Assembly (NCBI GenBank): GCA_022822855.1
Contig: JAJDYG010000040.1
Coordinates: forward strand, 88,556-152,555
Source of the DNA: Dehalococcoidia bacterium
GTDB lineage: Bacteria; Chloroflexota; Dehalococcoidia; Bin125
DNA: 64,000 nt
Reading direction: 5' to 3'
The translations under genes were made by a program, and so were the position numbers. Below the pieces are notes generated by a model that was given only the letters and a program-made list of their open reading frames with translations, did no database searches and had not been told where the DNA came from. This document shows, in pieces, positions 54,726 through 63,600 of this stretch. The first letter of the stretch is position 1, and every line of letters starts with the position of its first letter.

Positions 54726-55208
54726 ATGCCGCCTCCACCCAGATTCTGCCCGCAGTGCGCCCATCCGCTGCCCTCTGCTCAGGGATGCGACTCCTGCGGT
54801 TGGATCAACTACGTAGACCCCAAAGTCGCCGCGGTCGTTCTGGTCAGCGACGACCAGGGTCGGCTGCTCTACGTCCGCCGCAACCACGAGCCGGCGATGT
54901 ACCGCTGGAGCTGGCCCTCCGGATTCGTTGACGCCGGCGAGCGGGTTGAAGATGCGGCCGCGCGCGAGGTACGGGAAGAGACCGGAATTGAGGTCAGGGT
55001 CGGCGAGCTACTTGGCGTCTGGTCGGCGACTGGAGAGCAGGTCGTGGTAATCGCCTATCGCGCGAGCGCAGTCGGCGGTTCGCTCAGGCCCGGGCCGGAG
55101 GCCCTGGCAGCCGCCTGGATTCCGTTGGAACCGGAACATCGTCGGCCGACGCCCGTGTTTCCACATGATGCCGAGATTCTGAAGTCATTCATCGGCCCAG
55201 AGCGGTAG
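54726..55208 (+). CDS. NUDIX hydrolase with an N-terminal zinc ribbon
   Basis: Start at the internal ATG 54726 (MPPPPRFCPQCAHPL...CDSCGW, a C4 ribbon). Nudix box GFVDAGERVEDAAAREVREETGIE. Confidence 0.8.
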   Translation: MPPPPRFCPQCAHPLPSAQGCDSCGWINYVDPKVAAVVLVSDDQGRLLYVRRNHEPAMYRWSWPSGFVDAGERVEDAAAREVREETGIEVRVGELLGVWSATGEQVVVIAYRASAVGGSLRPGPEALAAAWIPLEPEHRRPTPVFPHDAEILKSFIGPER

Positions 55209-55664
55209 ACGCGCCCGGCAGTGATCGCAGATCGCAACGGCTTCGGTTTGCAACTCGCCGCCCCGGGTCGTGGTCATGATGACCTGTCTGAGATGATCCT
55301 CGCAGAATCGGCAGTTGCAGCGGTCGCAGCGCAAGCTGTGAGACTGCGCACAGTCGGGCTCGCCGCAACGTAAGTCCTGGTTCCGCTCTCTGGCCGCCGC
55401 CTTGAACACCAGGTGAAGTTCCACATCGACGCGCAGGCGCTCGCAACGTACCTCGACGCAGATTTCCTGGCCGTCCTGCTGGATCTGCCCATGGCGGGCG
55501 CAAAAGCCCTTGGCGCAATACTGACACTGGCCGATCATCGGATCGCGGCAGCGGCGCAGGCGGCCGCGGTGATCGCAACGGGTGGCTATTCGATATTCGC
55601 GGATTTCCACCGGTCTGGCTCTCGTTGGCTGACCCAGACGCACAATAGCGAGAGGGAAGCGCAC
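55185..55664 (-). CDS. Cysteine-rich (15 Cys, 159 aa) putative multi-zinc-finger protein of unknown function
   Basis: Motifs CQYCAKGFCARHG, CGEPDCAQSHSLRCDRCNCRFCEDH and CDHCRARL (AN1/B-box-like spacing). Overlaps the nudix 3' end by 24 nt. The antisense Ala-rich + ORF 55413..55988 is judged an artifact. Confidence 0.4.
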   Translation of the reverse strand: MRFPLAIVRLGQPTRARPVEIREYRIATRCDHRGRLRRCRDPMIGQCQYCAKGFCARHGQIQQDGQEICVEVRCERLRVDVELHLVFKAAARERNQDLRCGEPDCAQSHSLRCDRCNCRFCEDHLRQVIMTTTRGGELQTEAVAICDHCRARLPLWADE

Positions 55665-55748
55665 CAGAGTCAGGCTAGCGCCGGGCCCGCCACCGCTGAC
55701 GACGGCGCGGGGTGCCGGAAGGACCGGTTGGGAAGGGAAGTGACCTCG

Positions 55749-55958
55749 TTAGAGGCGGAGCTTGCCGTGGGACGGCTGGCGGCGGCGCTGGCGGCCTTCC
55801 TCGACAGCCTGCTCACGCTCGAGCTCAAAGACCGAGATAATGTTGCTCTCGTACACGTACCCGCACGACAGGCAGCTCGAATAGACGCTGTGCGCGTCGG
55901 ACTCGACGAGCATCATGCCGGAACAGCGCGGGCACTTCGACGGAGGAGTAACGGGCAT
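55749..55958 (-). CDS. Small zinc-ribbon protein (CPRC...CLSCG), likely co-transcribed with the Cys-rich gene
   Basis: Start at the internal ATG: MPVTPPSKCPRCSGMMLVESDAHSVYSSCLSCGYVY (C4 ribbon). The 84-nt gap to the downstream Cys-rich gene is on the same strand. Confidence 0.35.
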   Translation of the reverse strand: MPVTPPSKCPRCSGMMLVESDAHSVYSSCLSCGYVYESNIISVFELEREQAVEEGRQRRRQPSHGKLRL

Positions 55959-56210
55959 CGGTCCTACTCGCTTTCTGACTCGACCTGAACAGCGGAATCT
56001 GCTTGTGAATCTCCGCACGTTCGGGAGTTTGTGAAACGATGCACATTATGAGTCGCCCCAACCCCGCTTGTCAACTTTTTCACGAACTCTCGGAACATTT
56101 CTTCCCCAGCAAGTCTGACGCTCTCCGATTTGCCGCCGCTCGCGGTTCCGGCGTGTGAAGCACGACACAGTCGAAGGCGCCGCAGCAGCGGCGGATATGC
56201 TCAAAGTCCA

Positions 56211-57137
56211 ATGCGACGCACCGCAGACCGTCTCACCGTGTTTGGGCTGGCCCTGGTCATCCAGGCGGTCGCCAACTACTTGCTCGGACCACCGCCCGAT
56301 GGTCGGCCGACGTGGCTCGCCTGGGCGCTGGCCCAGAGCCGTCAGCTCACGTCCCTGCCGCCCCGCCTGCGAGTCTTCGCGCCGTTTGCCGCCTCGTTGG
56401 CGATCATCCGCGGAGCCGCGCTGATCGAGCGCAGCCGCCCCGGACGAGGCGGACGCCTGGTCGCAATCCTGATTCAGGCGCTCCTGTTGGCGATGACCTT
56501 CGATGCCTGGCGGGGAGTCCGAGCTTCCGACGCAGTCCAACGTCAACTGGCCGACGCTCCTGTCGGTGACGACGGCCGGCCCTTGGCCGCCCTCGACAGT
56601 GACCGGATCGAGGCCGAGATTGGCCGGCTGGCGAACTCGCCCAGCGAAACCGTGGTCGGTCCCTGGGCCGCGTATGCCGCGTTCGACCTGTCCGGAGCTG
56701 TCGCCTACGCCGCGGTCGAATCCTTGGGCGGACCGATGGCCGGACCAGGCTCGGAAGGACCGCTCACCGCGATGCTCGATCCGGGCCGTCGCCTCGTCTC
56801 GGTCCGGCGCGGCCGCGACGCCATCGCCGCTGCCGCAACCCTGGCCGCCCGCGGACGCTCCGACCTCCAGCCTCCCGAGCTGGAGGAACTCGCGCTCGGC
56901 TCCGAGACGCCGATCCCGGTAACCGCCATGTCGGTCGCCCTGGACCGGCGGACCTCATGGAATGGCCGCTCGGTCGGCTGGCAGCGCCCGGCGCCCGACA
57001 TCGACGACCTCGGCCGCGCTCGCCGTCTGCATCTCAAGGCTCTCGGTCTCATGGCGCTCACTGCGGCCGGAGTAGTCGCCATCGGAGACCTCTTCCGACC
57101 GCCGCGCTCCTCGGACGATGAAGCCTGGAACGAGTGA
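56211..57137 (+). CDS. Hypothetical Ala-rich membrane protein
   Basis: Start MRRTADRLTVFGLALVIQAVANYLL. There are two or three hydrophobic segments near the N-terminus and a long Ala/Gly-rich soluble tail. Low certainty that the whole ORF is coding. Confidence 0.35.
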   Translation: MRRTADRLTVFGLALVIQAVANYLLGPPPDGRPTWLAWALAQSRQLTSLPPRLRVFAPFAASLAIIRGAALIERSRPGRGGRLVAILIQALLLAMTFDAWRGVRASDAVQRQLADAPVGDDGRPLAALDSDRIEAEIGRLANSPSETVVGPWAAYAAFDLSGAVAYAAVESLGGPMAGPGSEGPLTAMLDPGRRLVSVRRGRDAIAAAATLAARGRSDLQPPELEELALGSETPIPVTAMSVALDRRTSWNGRSVGWQRPAPDIDDLGRARRLHLKALGLMALTAAGVVAIGDLFRPPRSSDDEAWNE

Positions 57138-57234
57138 TTGCCAAGGCCACAGCACGCTTTGAAGCAGTCGGTTGCTAAGATCAGCGACGTAACAGAAAAG
57201 CAAGCCGACAAGAGTAAGCCGACCGGAGACCACC

Positions 57235-57660
57235 ATGCCGCAGTTCCCATCCGTCGAATGGTTCGAACAGCTTCGCGACACCGTGCAGGACGACCCACAC
57301 TGGCGAGACTTCGGAATGATGGACTGCGCCATGGGCGTCAACGTCGGCGAGACCACGATCAAGCTCGTCTTCGACGGATTCGAGATACCCGAAATCGCCG
57401 ACATCTCCAGGTCGGCCGATGATGAGGATCTCGACTTCACTCTGGTCATGCCTGAAGATCGATGGCGCGAGATGATCGAGAACATCCAGACCAACGGCCA
57501 CGCCGACCTCCACCACACGCTCAACACCATCGACCTCGAGAGCCCGGAGGAGCTGGCCAAAGGCGAGGACTACAACCGCCGAGACCTCTTCTACCGCTTC
57601 AACCAGACCCTGCAGGACTTCTTCGACGCGTCATCCTCGGTCGAGACGACGTTCGCCTGA
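57235..57660 (+). CDS. Hypothetical acidic cytoplasmic protein (141 aa), weakly SCP2-like
   Basis: Good GC3 bias. LDFTLVMPEDRWREMIENIQTNGHADLHHTLNTIDL loosely resembles the SCP2 sterol-carrier-fold C-terminus. Confidence 0.45.
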   Translation: MPQFPSVEWFEQLRDTVQDDPHWRDFGMMDCAMGVNVGETTIKLVFDGFEIPEIADISRSADDEDLDFTLVMPEDRWREMIENIQTNGHADLHHTLNTIDLESPEELAKGEDYNRRDLFYRFNQTLQDFFDASSSVETTFA

Positions 57661-57705
57661 ACGCCCGCCCGGACACTCGCCTGAGCCCGACTCGTAACTC
57701 GACCG

Positions 57706-58020
57706 ATGACCATTGCTGAACCACGTGTCCGTGAAATTCTGCGCGCCGCCGGTTGGCCTCGGGATGAACTCGAGAACGCTCTCACGATCTCCTACCACGA
57801 GAGCCGCTGGAACCCTCGCGCCTACAACAAGGACGACCCATCCGGCGGCAGCTTCGGTCTCTTCCAGATCAATGCCTGGTGGTGCTATTTCGGCGAAGCC
57901 GAGATCGGAGAACACCTCGATCAGGATCTCGCCATGCGACCCCTCTACAACGCCCGCTACGCCCTGCGTATCTGGCGAAAGTGCGGATGGGATCCCTGGA
58001 GCACGGCTCGCTACATCTGA
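57706..58020 (+). CDS. Small lysozyme-like / lytic-transglycosylase-like domain protein without a signal peptide
   Basis: ISYHESRWNPRAYNKDDPSGGSFGLFQINAWWC parallels the C-type lysozyme / SLT catalytic region (FESNFNT...DGSTDYGILQINSRWWC), including the candidate catalytic Glu in YHESRWN. Confidence 0.5.
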   Translation: MTIAEPRVREILRAAGWPRDELENALTISYHESRWNPRAYNKDDPSGGSFGLFQINAWWCYFGEAEIGEHLDQDLAMRPLYNARYALRIWRKCGWDPWSTARYI

Positions 58021-58108
58021 GCCCACTCATGTCAGACTTCAATCACCCTCCGCTATATTCAGTTGACATATCCTCTAACCCTCCGGCGAACCGAGTGAAC
58101 GAGTAGAC

Positions 58109-58942
58109 GTGGCAATCTCCGTAAAGCTGATCGACCACACCAAGGACCCGATCCGCGCCCTCTACATGGCGTATCGCGTCTGCTACTCCGCGCTGACACC
58201 CCAACAGGTGCTCGATCGGATCGACGACGAGCGCATCTCACAGGAGAAAATGCTCGACTTCGTCGAGGCCCGCCTGCTCACCGGCCACATGTCGCCGCTC
58301 GAGCAGGTCCACTTCGAGTTCGGCATCTCAGGCGTCTCACGAGCCTTCTCACACCAGTTCGTGCGCCACCGCATCGGGATCAGCTTCGAGCAGCAGAGCC
58401 AGCGCTACGTCACCTACAAGGGTGGAGCTTTTCCCTACACCGTGCCCAGGACCGTCGAGCGGGCCGGGCTCGGCGATGACATGGCCGCGTTTTTCGCCCA
58501 GGCGGGTGCGCTGTACGAGAAAATGGTCGAGGCCGGCATCCCGGCCGAGGACGCCCGCTTCCTGTTGCCCAATGCGACCAACACCAACTTCAAGATCACC
58601 GTCAACTTCGCGTCCCTGCTGCACATCTCCGACCTTCGACTCTGCACCCGGGCCCAGTGGGAGTTCCGCAAGGTCGTCTCCCTGATGCGGGCAGAGGTGG
58701 TCAGGGTCGCGCCCGAGCTCGGCCGCCAGCTCCAGCCCAAATGTGGCGAGCGTCGGCTCGGTTACTGCGACGAGGACTACGAAGCCTGGGAAGAATGCCC
58801 AATCGGCCGCAAGCGGCCGCACAAGACCGAACTCTTCAACCTCTACGACGCCTATCGCCAGGGCGAGCTCGACGACCTTGACGCCGACGACATGGCCCTG
58901 ATCGCCGCCGACACCGACGACGCCCCCACCTACATCCGCTGA
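58109..58942 (+). CDS. thyX: FAD-dependent thymidylate synthase
   Basis: ThyX motif RHRIGISFEQQSQRY (RHRX7-8S) and the FAD/dUMP binding context. 277 aa. Confidence 0.9.
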   Translation: MAISVKLIDHTKDPIRALYMAYRVCYSALTPQQVLDRIDDERISQEKMLDFVEARLLTGHMSPLEQVHFEFGISGVSRAFSHQFVRHRIGISFEQQSQRYVTYKGGAFPYTVPRTVERAGLGDDMAAFFAQAGALYEKMVEAGIPAEDARFLLPNATNTNFKITVNFASLLHISDLRLCTRAQWEFRKVVSLMRAEVVRVAPELGRQLQPKCGERRLGYCDEDYEAWEECPIGRKRPHKTELFNLYDAYRQGELDDLDADDMALIAADTDDAPTYIR

Positions 58943-59018
58943 TCCCCAATCCCCGCTTCACGTGGGGACTAGCTCTTCTGACCCTCTCCCGCAGCGGAGG
59001 AGACGCCGTCGCTTTTGC

Positions 59019-59072
59019 TTTTCTCCCCCCGCGCAGCGGGGGGAGATGCCGAAGGCAGAGGGGGGCTCCCCT
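59019..59072. repeat. Palindromic repeat element B, copy 3 (short form, lacking the second hairpin), in the thyX / SRPBCC convergent intergenic region
   Basis: ttttctccccccgcgcagcggggggagatgccgaaggcagaggggggctcccc. It is preceded by another hairpin, tctcccgcagcggaggaga (about 58985-59005). Confidence 0.55.
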
Positions 59073-59103
59073 GGCCGCCTCGGCCCTTGACGACGCGCTG
59101 TGC

Positions 59104-59535
59104 CTACCCTTCTCCCATTTCGATCACCCGCTTCAGAGCCGCGATCTGCCCGCCGTCCGTCCGACGAATCGCAAAGCCGATCAACGGCCCCAGCAACCGG
59201 TACCGCAGCCCGCTGAAGTGGCACTCCGCCTCCAGACTGACCCGACTCCTGCCCTCCCCCGCTGGCTCAACCGAGTACCTGTAGTCGGCCGTCACGCCGC
59301 CCTGCTGCGAGCGCAGCGTGACCGACCGCCCCCGATCGCAATGAGTAATCAGGGAGGTGCGGTCCTGCCCGCGAGTGAAGAAGCGCACCTGGGCACCCTC
59401 CACGGTTTCGCCGTCGATCGACATCGACTCGATCCCATTCATCCAGCGAACCGCGCCAGGCCAATCCGTGAGCACCTCCCACACCCGATCCGAAGACGCG
59501 TTGATCGTCTCACTGACCGAGATTGTCTTTGCCAT
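59104..59535 (-). CDS. SRPBCC-superfamily protein (polyketide cyclase/dehydrase-like, START fold)
   Basis: 143 aa; INASSDRVWEVLTDWPGAVRWMNGIES... is typical of the SRPBCC N-terminus. Confidence 0.75.
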   Translation of the reverse strand: MAKTISVSETINASSDRVWEVLTDWPGAVRWMNGIESMSIDGETVEGAQVRFFTRGQDRTSLITHCDRGRSVTLRSQQGGVTADYRYSVEPAGEGRSRVSLEAECHFSGLRYRLLGPLIGFAIRRTDGGQIAALKRVIEMGEG

Positions 59536-59565
59536 CGAGATCCTCCCGAGTCCGAGTAGTGGTGA

Positions 59566-59931
59566 CTAATCGCCAACCAGCTCCAACAACTGCACGAAGT
59601 TCCCGTCAGGATCCAGCAGCGTCGCCACCTCGCCGCCCCATGACTCACGCTCCGGCGCGCGATGCACGCCGATCGTCGGATCCGCTGAGATCACCCGACG
59701 GAACTCGCCTGAAACGTCGTCGACAAACAGATTGATCTGCATCCGCGCGGGCTCCAGTGTCGCCCCCGAGATATCCGAGTGGTCGAGCAACCGAATGAAT
59801 CCGCCCGCAGCCTCAAAGACCGGATCACGGAACTTCGCCACCCGCTCGAGTCCAAGCGTCGCCCCGTAGAAGCGGGTCATCGCCTCGAGCTGGTCTGTCC
59901 CGACCATGATCGTCAACTCGCGGACCTGCAT
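59566..59931 (-). CDS. VOC-family (glyoxalase-like) protein
   Basis: The true start is the internal ATG (MQVRELTIMVGTDQLEAMTRFYGATLGLE...), 121 aa. The G/R-rich upstream extension is rejected. Confidence 0.7.
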   Translation of the reverse strand: MQVRELTIMVGTDQLEAMTRFYGATLGLERVAKFRDPVFEAAGGFIRLLDHSDISGATLEPARMQINLFVDDVSGEFRRVISADPTIGVHRAPERESWGGEVATLLDPDGNFVQLLELVGD

Positions 59932-59939
59932 CGTCAACC

Positions 59940-60764
59940 TCAGACGTCCAGTGACAGCCCGTCCGAGGCAACCACAATCGTGCCGTCGAACGCCCGCCGC
60001 GCCTCCTCGACCAGCTCCCAGTCTTGCTCCAGCGACATGATGTGGGTCAGGACCAGCGTGTTCACGCCGGCGTCGCGGGCGATCCGGCCTGCCGACTCCG
60101 CCGTCGAGTGTGTCCCCCCCACCCCGCGATACAGCCCCGCGCGCGCCGATTCCGATAGTCCCGCCGCCATCCGCGCCAGGCACGACTCTGTGTACGCCTC
60201 GTGCACCAGCACGTCGGCGCCGTCGGCCAGCGGGACCAGGCTCTCGGGCGCGTAGGTCGTGTCCCCCGTGTAGACCAGCGACCGTCCGCCCGCCTCAAAG
60301 CGCCGCGCCAGGCACTCGAGATTGGGAGCATGAGGCACCTCGACCGAACGCACGGCAATCCCGCCGATCTCCCGCTCATCCCCCGGACGGGTCAGCTCGA
60401 CCGAGACCCCGTCCAGCCAGCGCAGGATGAAGTCGTTCGTTGAGTTGACTCGAGCAAAACCCAGCGCTGCCTCGATGTACGTGTCCGTGTCGCGAGGCCC
60501 AAAGACCGTCACCGGCGCTCCCCTGCGAACGATCAGCCGGGTGAACAGCTCAACTACGCCCATCGCGTGGTCGAAGTGCAGATGTGAGAAGACCACGTCC
60601 GACACCGCATCCGCGTCCAGCCCCGAGTCCACCATCCGCTCCATGAATCCCGGTCCCGCATCTACCAGAATGCGCGCATCACCATGAGCCAGATGGATCG
60701 AAGCAGCCCCACGCCGCGGGTTCACCGACCCCCCTGCCCCCGACCCACAAAACGTAATGCGCAT
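59940..60764 (-). CDS. MBL-fold metallo-hydrolase
   Basis: SHLHFDHAMG (HxHxDH), with a downstream His and Asp (TGDTTY...VLTH). Confidence 0.8.
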   Translation of the reverse strand: MRITFCGSGAGGSVNPRRGAASIHLAHGDARILVDAGPGFMERMVDSGLDADAVSDVVFSHLHFDHAMGVVELFTRLIVRRGAPVTVFGPRDTDTYIEAALGFARVNSTNDFILRWLDGVSVELTRPGDEREIGGIAVRSVEVPHAPNLECLARRFEAGGRSLVYTGDTTYAPESLVPLADGADVLVHEAYTESCLARMAAGLSESARAGLYRGVGGTHSTAESAGRIARDAGVNTLVLTHIMSLEQDWELVEEARRAFDGTIVVASDGLSLDV

Positions 60765-60856
60765 AGCGCCGGACTCCTAGATAGAGAGGGTAGCGGTCAT
60801 CAACAGAACTGATGTACAATCCGGCCAGAGCGATAACATGCCGCAAAGGGAACATA

Positions 60857-62023
60857 ATGGTGCGATTCGCCGAGTTTTTCTCCGGCATTGGTCTGGTCCG
60901 GGAGGCCATCGAGCCACTGGGGTGGGAGTGCGTCTTCGCCAACGACATCGCGCCGGAAAAGGCCAGGATGTACACCGATCGGTTCGGATCGAACCACTTG
61001 CTGGTCGACGACATCAACCGCCTGACGCTGAGCGACCTCCCTGACGATCTCGATCTCCTGACGGCCTCCTTCCCCTGTATCGACCTTTCCTTGGCTGGCA
61101 ATCGTCGAGGCCTTGCCGGCGAACACTCCGGTACCGTTTGGCCCTTCCTCGATCTCACCGCCGACGTCGTGAGTAATCGAACCGCGCCGAAGGCCCTGCT
61201 CTTGGAAAACGTCACTGGATTTGTCACCTCTCACGGCGGTCGCGATCTCGAAGAGGTTTGCCAGCGGATCGGTGAGCTTGGTTACTTGATCGACCTGGTC
61301 GTTGTGGATGCGAAGTGGTTCACTCCCCAGAGTCGACCACGGCTGTTTGTGGTCGCGCTCCGTCAGGACTTGGTCCCATGTCCGCTCCCCCCCACCGACG
61401 ACGTGACCCGACTGCGAACCGCCGCCATTCGATCCTTTCAAGCCTCGCATCGTGGCATAGCCTTTTTCGAGTCCAGCCTGCCGGAACCGCCGCAAAGGGC
61501 GCCCAAACGCTTGGTTGACGTCTTGGAGCGCGTGCCAGCCAACGATGAATCTTGGTGGCCTGAGGATCGTGTCAATGCCTTGCGCGATGCGATGCACGAG
61601 CGGCATGCATTTCGGATTGGCGAATTGCTACTGGGTAAGCGGGATGGTGTGGCGACCATGTATCGGCGGGTTCGTCGAGGGCGGACCGTCGGAGAACTTC
61701 GGAGTGACACCATTGCCGGGTGTCTCCGAACCGCCAACGGTGGCAGCAGCGTTCAGTTCTTGGTGGACTGCAGAGGCGACCGACCGCGCATCCGACCACT
61801 GACGGGCCTCGAGTACGCTCGTCTTCAGGGTGCCGGCGACTTTCCCATCAATGTCGGCAGGCGCCAAGCCCAAAGCGGCTTCGGTGATGCTGTGTGCGTC
61901 CCAGCTGTCTCCTGGCTGGTCGATAATGCCTTCGGCTTCCTGCTCCAGGAATTGCCGCGGAGCGAGCCGGTGCAGACGCGATTCGCCGACGAACGACTCG
62001 ACCCCGTTGCAGCCGGGAGTTAA
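60857..62023 (+). CDS. DNA (cytosine-5)-methyltransferase
   Basis: FAEFFSGIGL (motif I), TASFPCIDLSLAG (motif IV, catalytic Pro-Cys), LLENV (motif VI), and GFGDAVCVP near the C-terminus. An alternative ATG at 60812 adds 15 aa. Confidence 0.85.
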   Translation: MVRFAEFFSGIGLVREAIEPLGWECVFANDIAPEKARMYTDRFGSNHLLVDDINRLTLSDLPDDLDLLTASFPCIDLSLAGNRRGLAGEHSGTVWPFLDLTADVVSNRTAPKALLLENVTGFVTSHGGRDLEEVCQRIGELGYLIDLVVVDAKWFTPQSRPRLFVVALRQDLVPCPLPPTDDVTRLRTAAIRSFQASHRGIAFFESSLPEPPQRAPKRLVDVLERVPANDESWWPEDRVNALRDAMHERHAFRIGELLLGKRDGVATMYRRVRRGRTVGELRSDTIAGCLRTANGGSSVQFLVDCRGDRPRIRPLTGLEYARLQGAGDFPINVGRRQAQSGFGDAVCVPAVSWLVDNAFGFLLQELPRSEPVQTRFADERLDPVAAGS

Positions 62024-62026
62024 CTC

Positions 62027-62488
62027 GTGGCCGTCCGACGAGATCCGCTCACTCCAGAAGCGCGATCCGAAACCATGCGCCGCATCCGGCGCAAGGACAC
62101 CAAGCCCGAACTCGCTTTGCGCAAGGAACTCTATCGTCGCGGCCTTCGCTACCGCGTCGACTACCCCTGTGCCCCTGGACGCCCCGACATCGCCATGGTC
62201 GGACGCAAGCTCGCCGTCTTCGTTGATGGCGAGTTCTGGCACGGCAAGAAGCACACCGCCGAACGCTACGCCGAGATGACCGAATACTGGCGCAACAAGA
62301 TTGAGCGGAACATGGACAGAGATCGCCGCGTCAATACTGAGCTGCGCGACCTCGGTTGGACCACGATCCGAGTGACAGATCGGGCTGTTCTCGGCGATGT
62401 GAAGGTCATCGCAGACTTCGTAGCAGACGCCGCCCAAGGCCGATTCCAGATCTATCCACCGCCCGGCGTCGAGATCATGAGGTCCTGA
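62027..62488 (+). CDS. vsr: Very-short-patch-repair (Vsr) T:G mismatch endonuclease
   Basis: SETMRRIRRKDTKPELALRKELYRRGLRYRVDYP...GRPDIAMVGRKLAVFVDGEFWHGK is the canonical Vsr core. It starts 4 nt after the methyltransferase stop. Confidence 0.85.
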   Translation: MAVRRDPLTPEARSETMRRIRRKDTKPELALRKELYRRGLRYRVDYPCAPGRPDIAMVGRKLAVFVDGEFWHGKKHTAERYAEMTEYWRNKIERNMDRDRRVNTELRDLGWTTIRVTDRAVLGDVKVIADFVADAAQGRFQIYPPPGVEIMRS

Positions 62489-62490
62489 CC

Positions 62491-63168
62491 ATGGCGAAAC
62501 GCCGCGGACCGCCCGACGAAGTTGCCGCGATCTTGCGCGAATTGATCAAGGCCTTGGATGTCATTGATCCTGCAAACGGAAGGAAGGTAGGGGACGCCAA
62601 GTACGGGGTGTACGCATTCTTCGATTACGACGATGAACCCATCTATGTCGGCCAGACGACAGAGCAACTGCGCGTCAGAATTCGTCGTCACTTGACCAAC
62701 CAACGTACCGATGCCGTCGCAATGAACGTCCTCGATCCGTTCGAGGTAGCCGACATCGAGATGTGGCCGTTTTGGGATTTGGATGACGCTTGGCAGCAGG
62801 CAGACAACAGAGAGGAAAAGGCCGAGGTCCGGGAACGTGCCAAGCAGCGGCTGAACTCCGCGGAGTATTCGCTGTTTCAGAATGTCTTGGCAGCCTCGGA
62901 ATTCCGCGCTGTATTGAATGAAAAGCCGCCCGATGAGGCTCAAACGATGGATCTGCCTTCGTCTTTCCGTTGTCGCATCGTTCCCACGGACATCTACCGC
63001 CGGCGTGTGCATCCGGATATTCGAATCGCCCAACGAGCGGCGACTATCGCGCGATTGGCAGACGTCATCAGCCGCCGTCAAGTGAAGCCCGGGCTCCGCG
63101 CCACCTTGGTGGTGCAAGCCAAACGCCTCTTGCACTTGGCCGAATCCCGTTTGGACGAGCTGGACTAG
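62491..63168 (+). CDS. GIY-YIG nuclease-domain protein (candidate restriction endonuclease of an Eco29kI-like m5C R-M system)
   Basis: Start at the internal ATG 62491, 3 nt after the vsr stop. YGVYAFFDYDDEPIYVGQTTEQLRVRIRRHLT is the GIY-x10-YVG...R...RH catalytic motif, and NV...E follows downstream. 225 aa. Confidence 0.7.
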   Translation: MAKRRGPPDEVAAILRELIKALDVIDPANGRKVGDAKYGVYAFFDYDDEPIYVGQTTEQLRVRIRRHLTNQRTDAVAMNVLDPFEVADIEMWPFWDLDDAWQQADNREEKAEVRERAKQRLNSAEYSLFQNVLAASEFRAVLNEKPPDEAQTMDLPSSFRCRIVPTDIYRRRVHPDIRIAQRAATIARLADVISRRQVKPGLRATLVVQAKRLLHLAESRLDELD

Positions 63169-63600
63169 CCGCACCCTGCCTCGTCGTTTCCGCCATCTCA
63201 GGCCCGCTGGCGCCAACCCTCCGTCAACCACTTGACCATCCTCCTTCCTAACGGAACGCCCGTGCTGATACCCTTGCCCCACATCGCCGCTCAGACCCAC
63301 CGGAGGCCACGACCATGACCGATTCAACTGCCCGAACCACAGCCGTACAGCTCCGTTCAAGCCGGCTCTTGCCCGCACAACACCAATCAAAGTCCGAACA
63401 AATCCGAACAGGAAGTCCCGAAGAAACCTGAAAAAAGCTGAAAGAACCTGAAACTCCCGACGCACGATCCCCTGTAAATCACTGGAGATCAGCACAATTC
63501 GGCCCTCAGAAAAAAAGTTTGTCGAAAACCTGAAATCCGCAGATCGCATTTGTGCCCGAACATCCGCCAGGAGGCCCAACACGCCCTAGACTCCCAAACC

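Noticed and set aside
55413-55988. 191-aa Ala-rich + strand ORF opposite the Cys-rich gene pair
   Set aside because: Composition typical of a GC-rich antisense frame, with no motifs. The opposite-strand Cys-rich proteins show ordered CxxC spacing. Strand assignment nevertheless remains uncertain.
62452-63582. 376-aa minus-strand ORF
   Set aside because: Antisense to the GIY-YIG nuclease gene and extends into the AT-rich repeat tract. No protein-like features.
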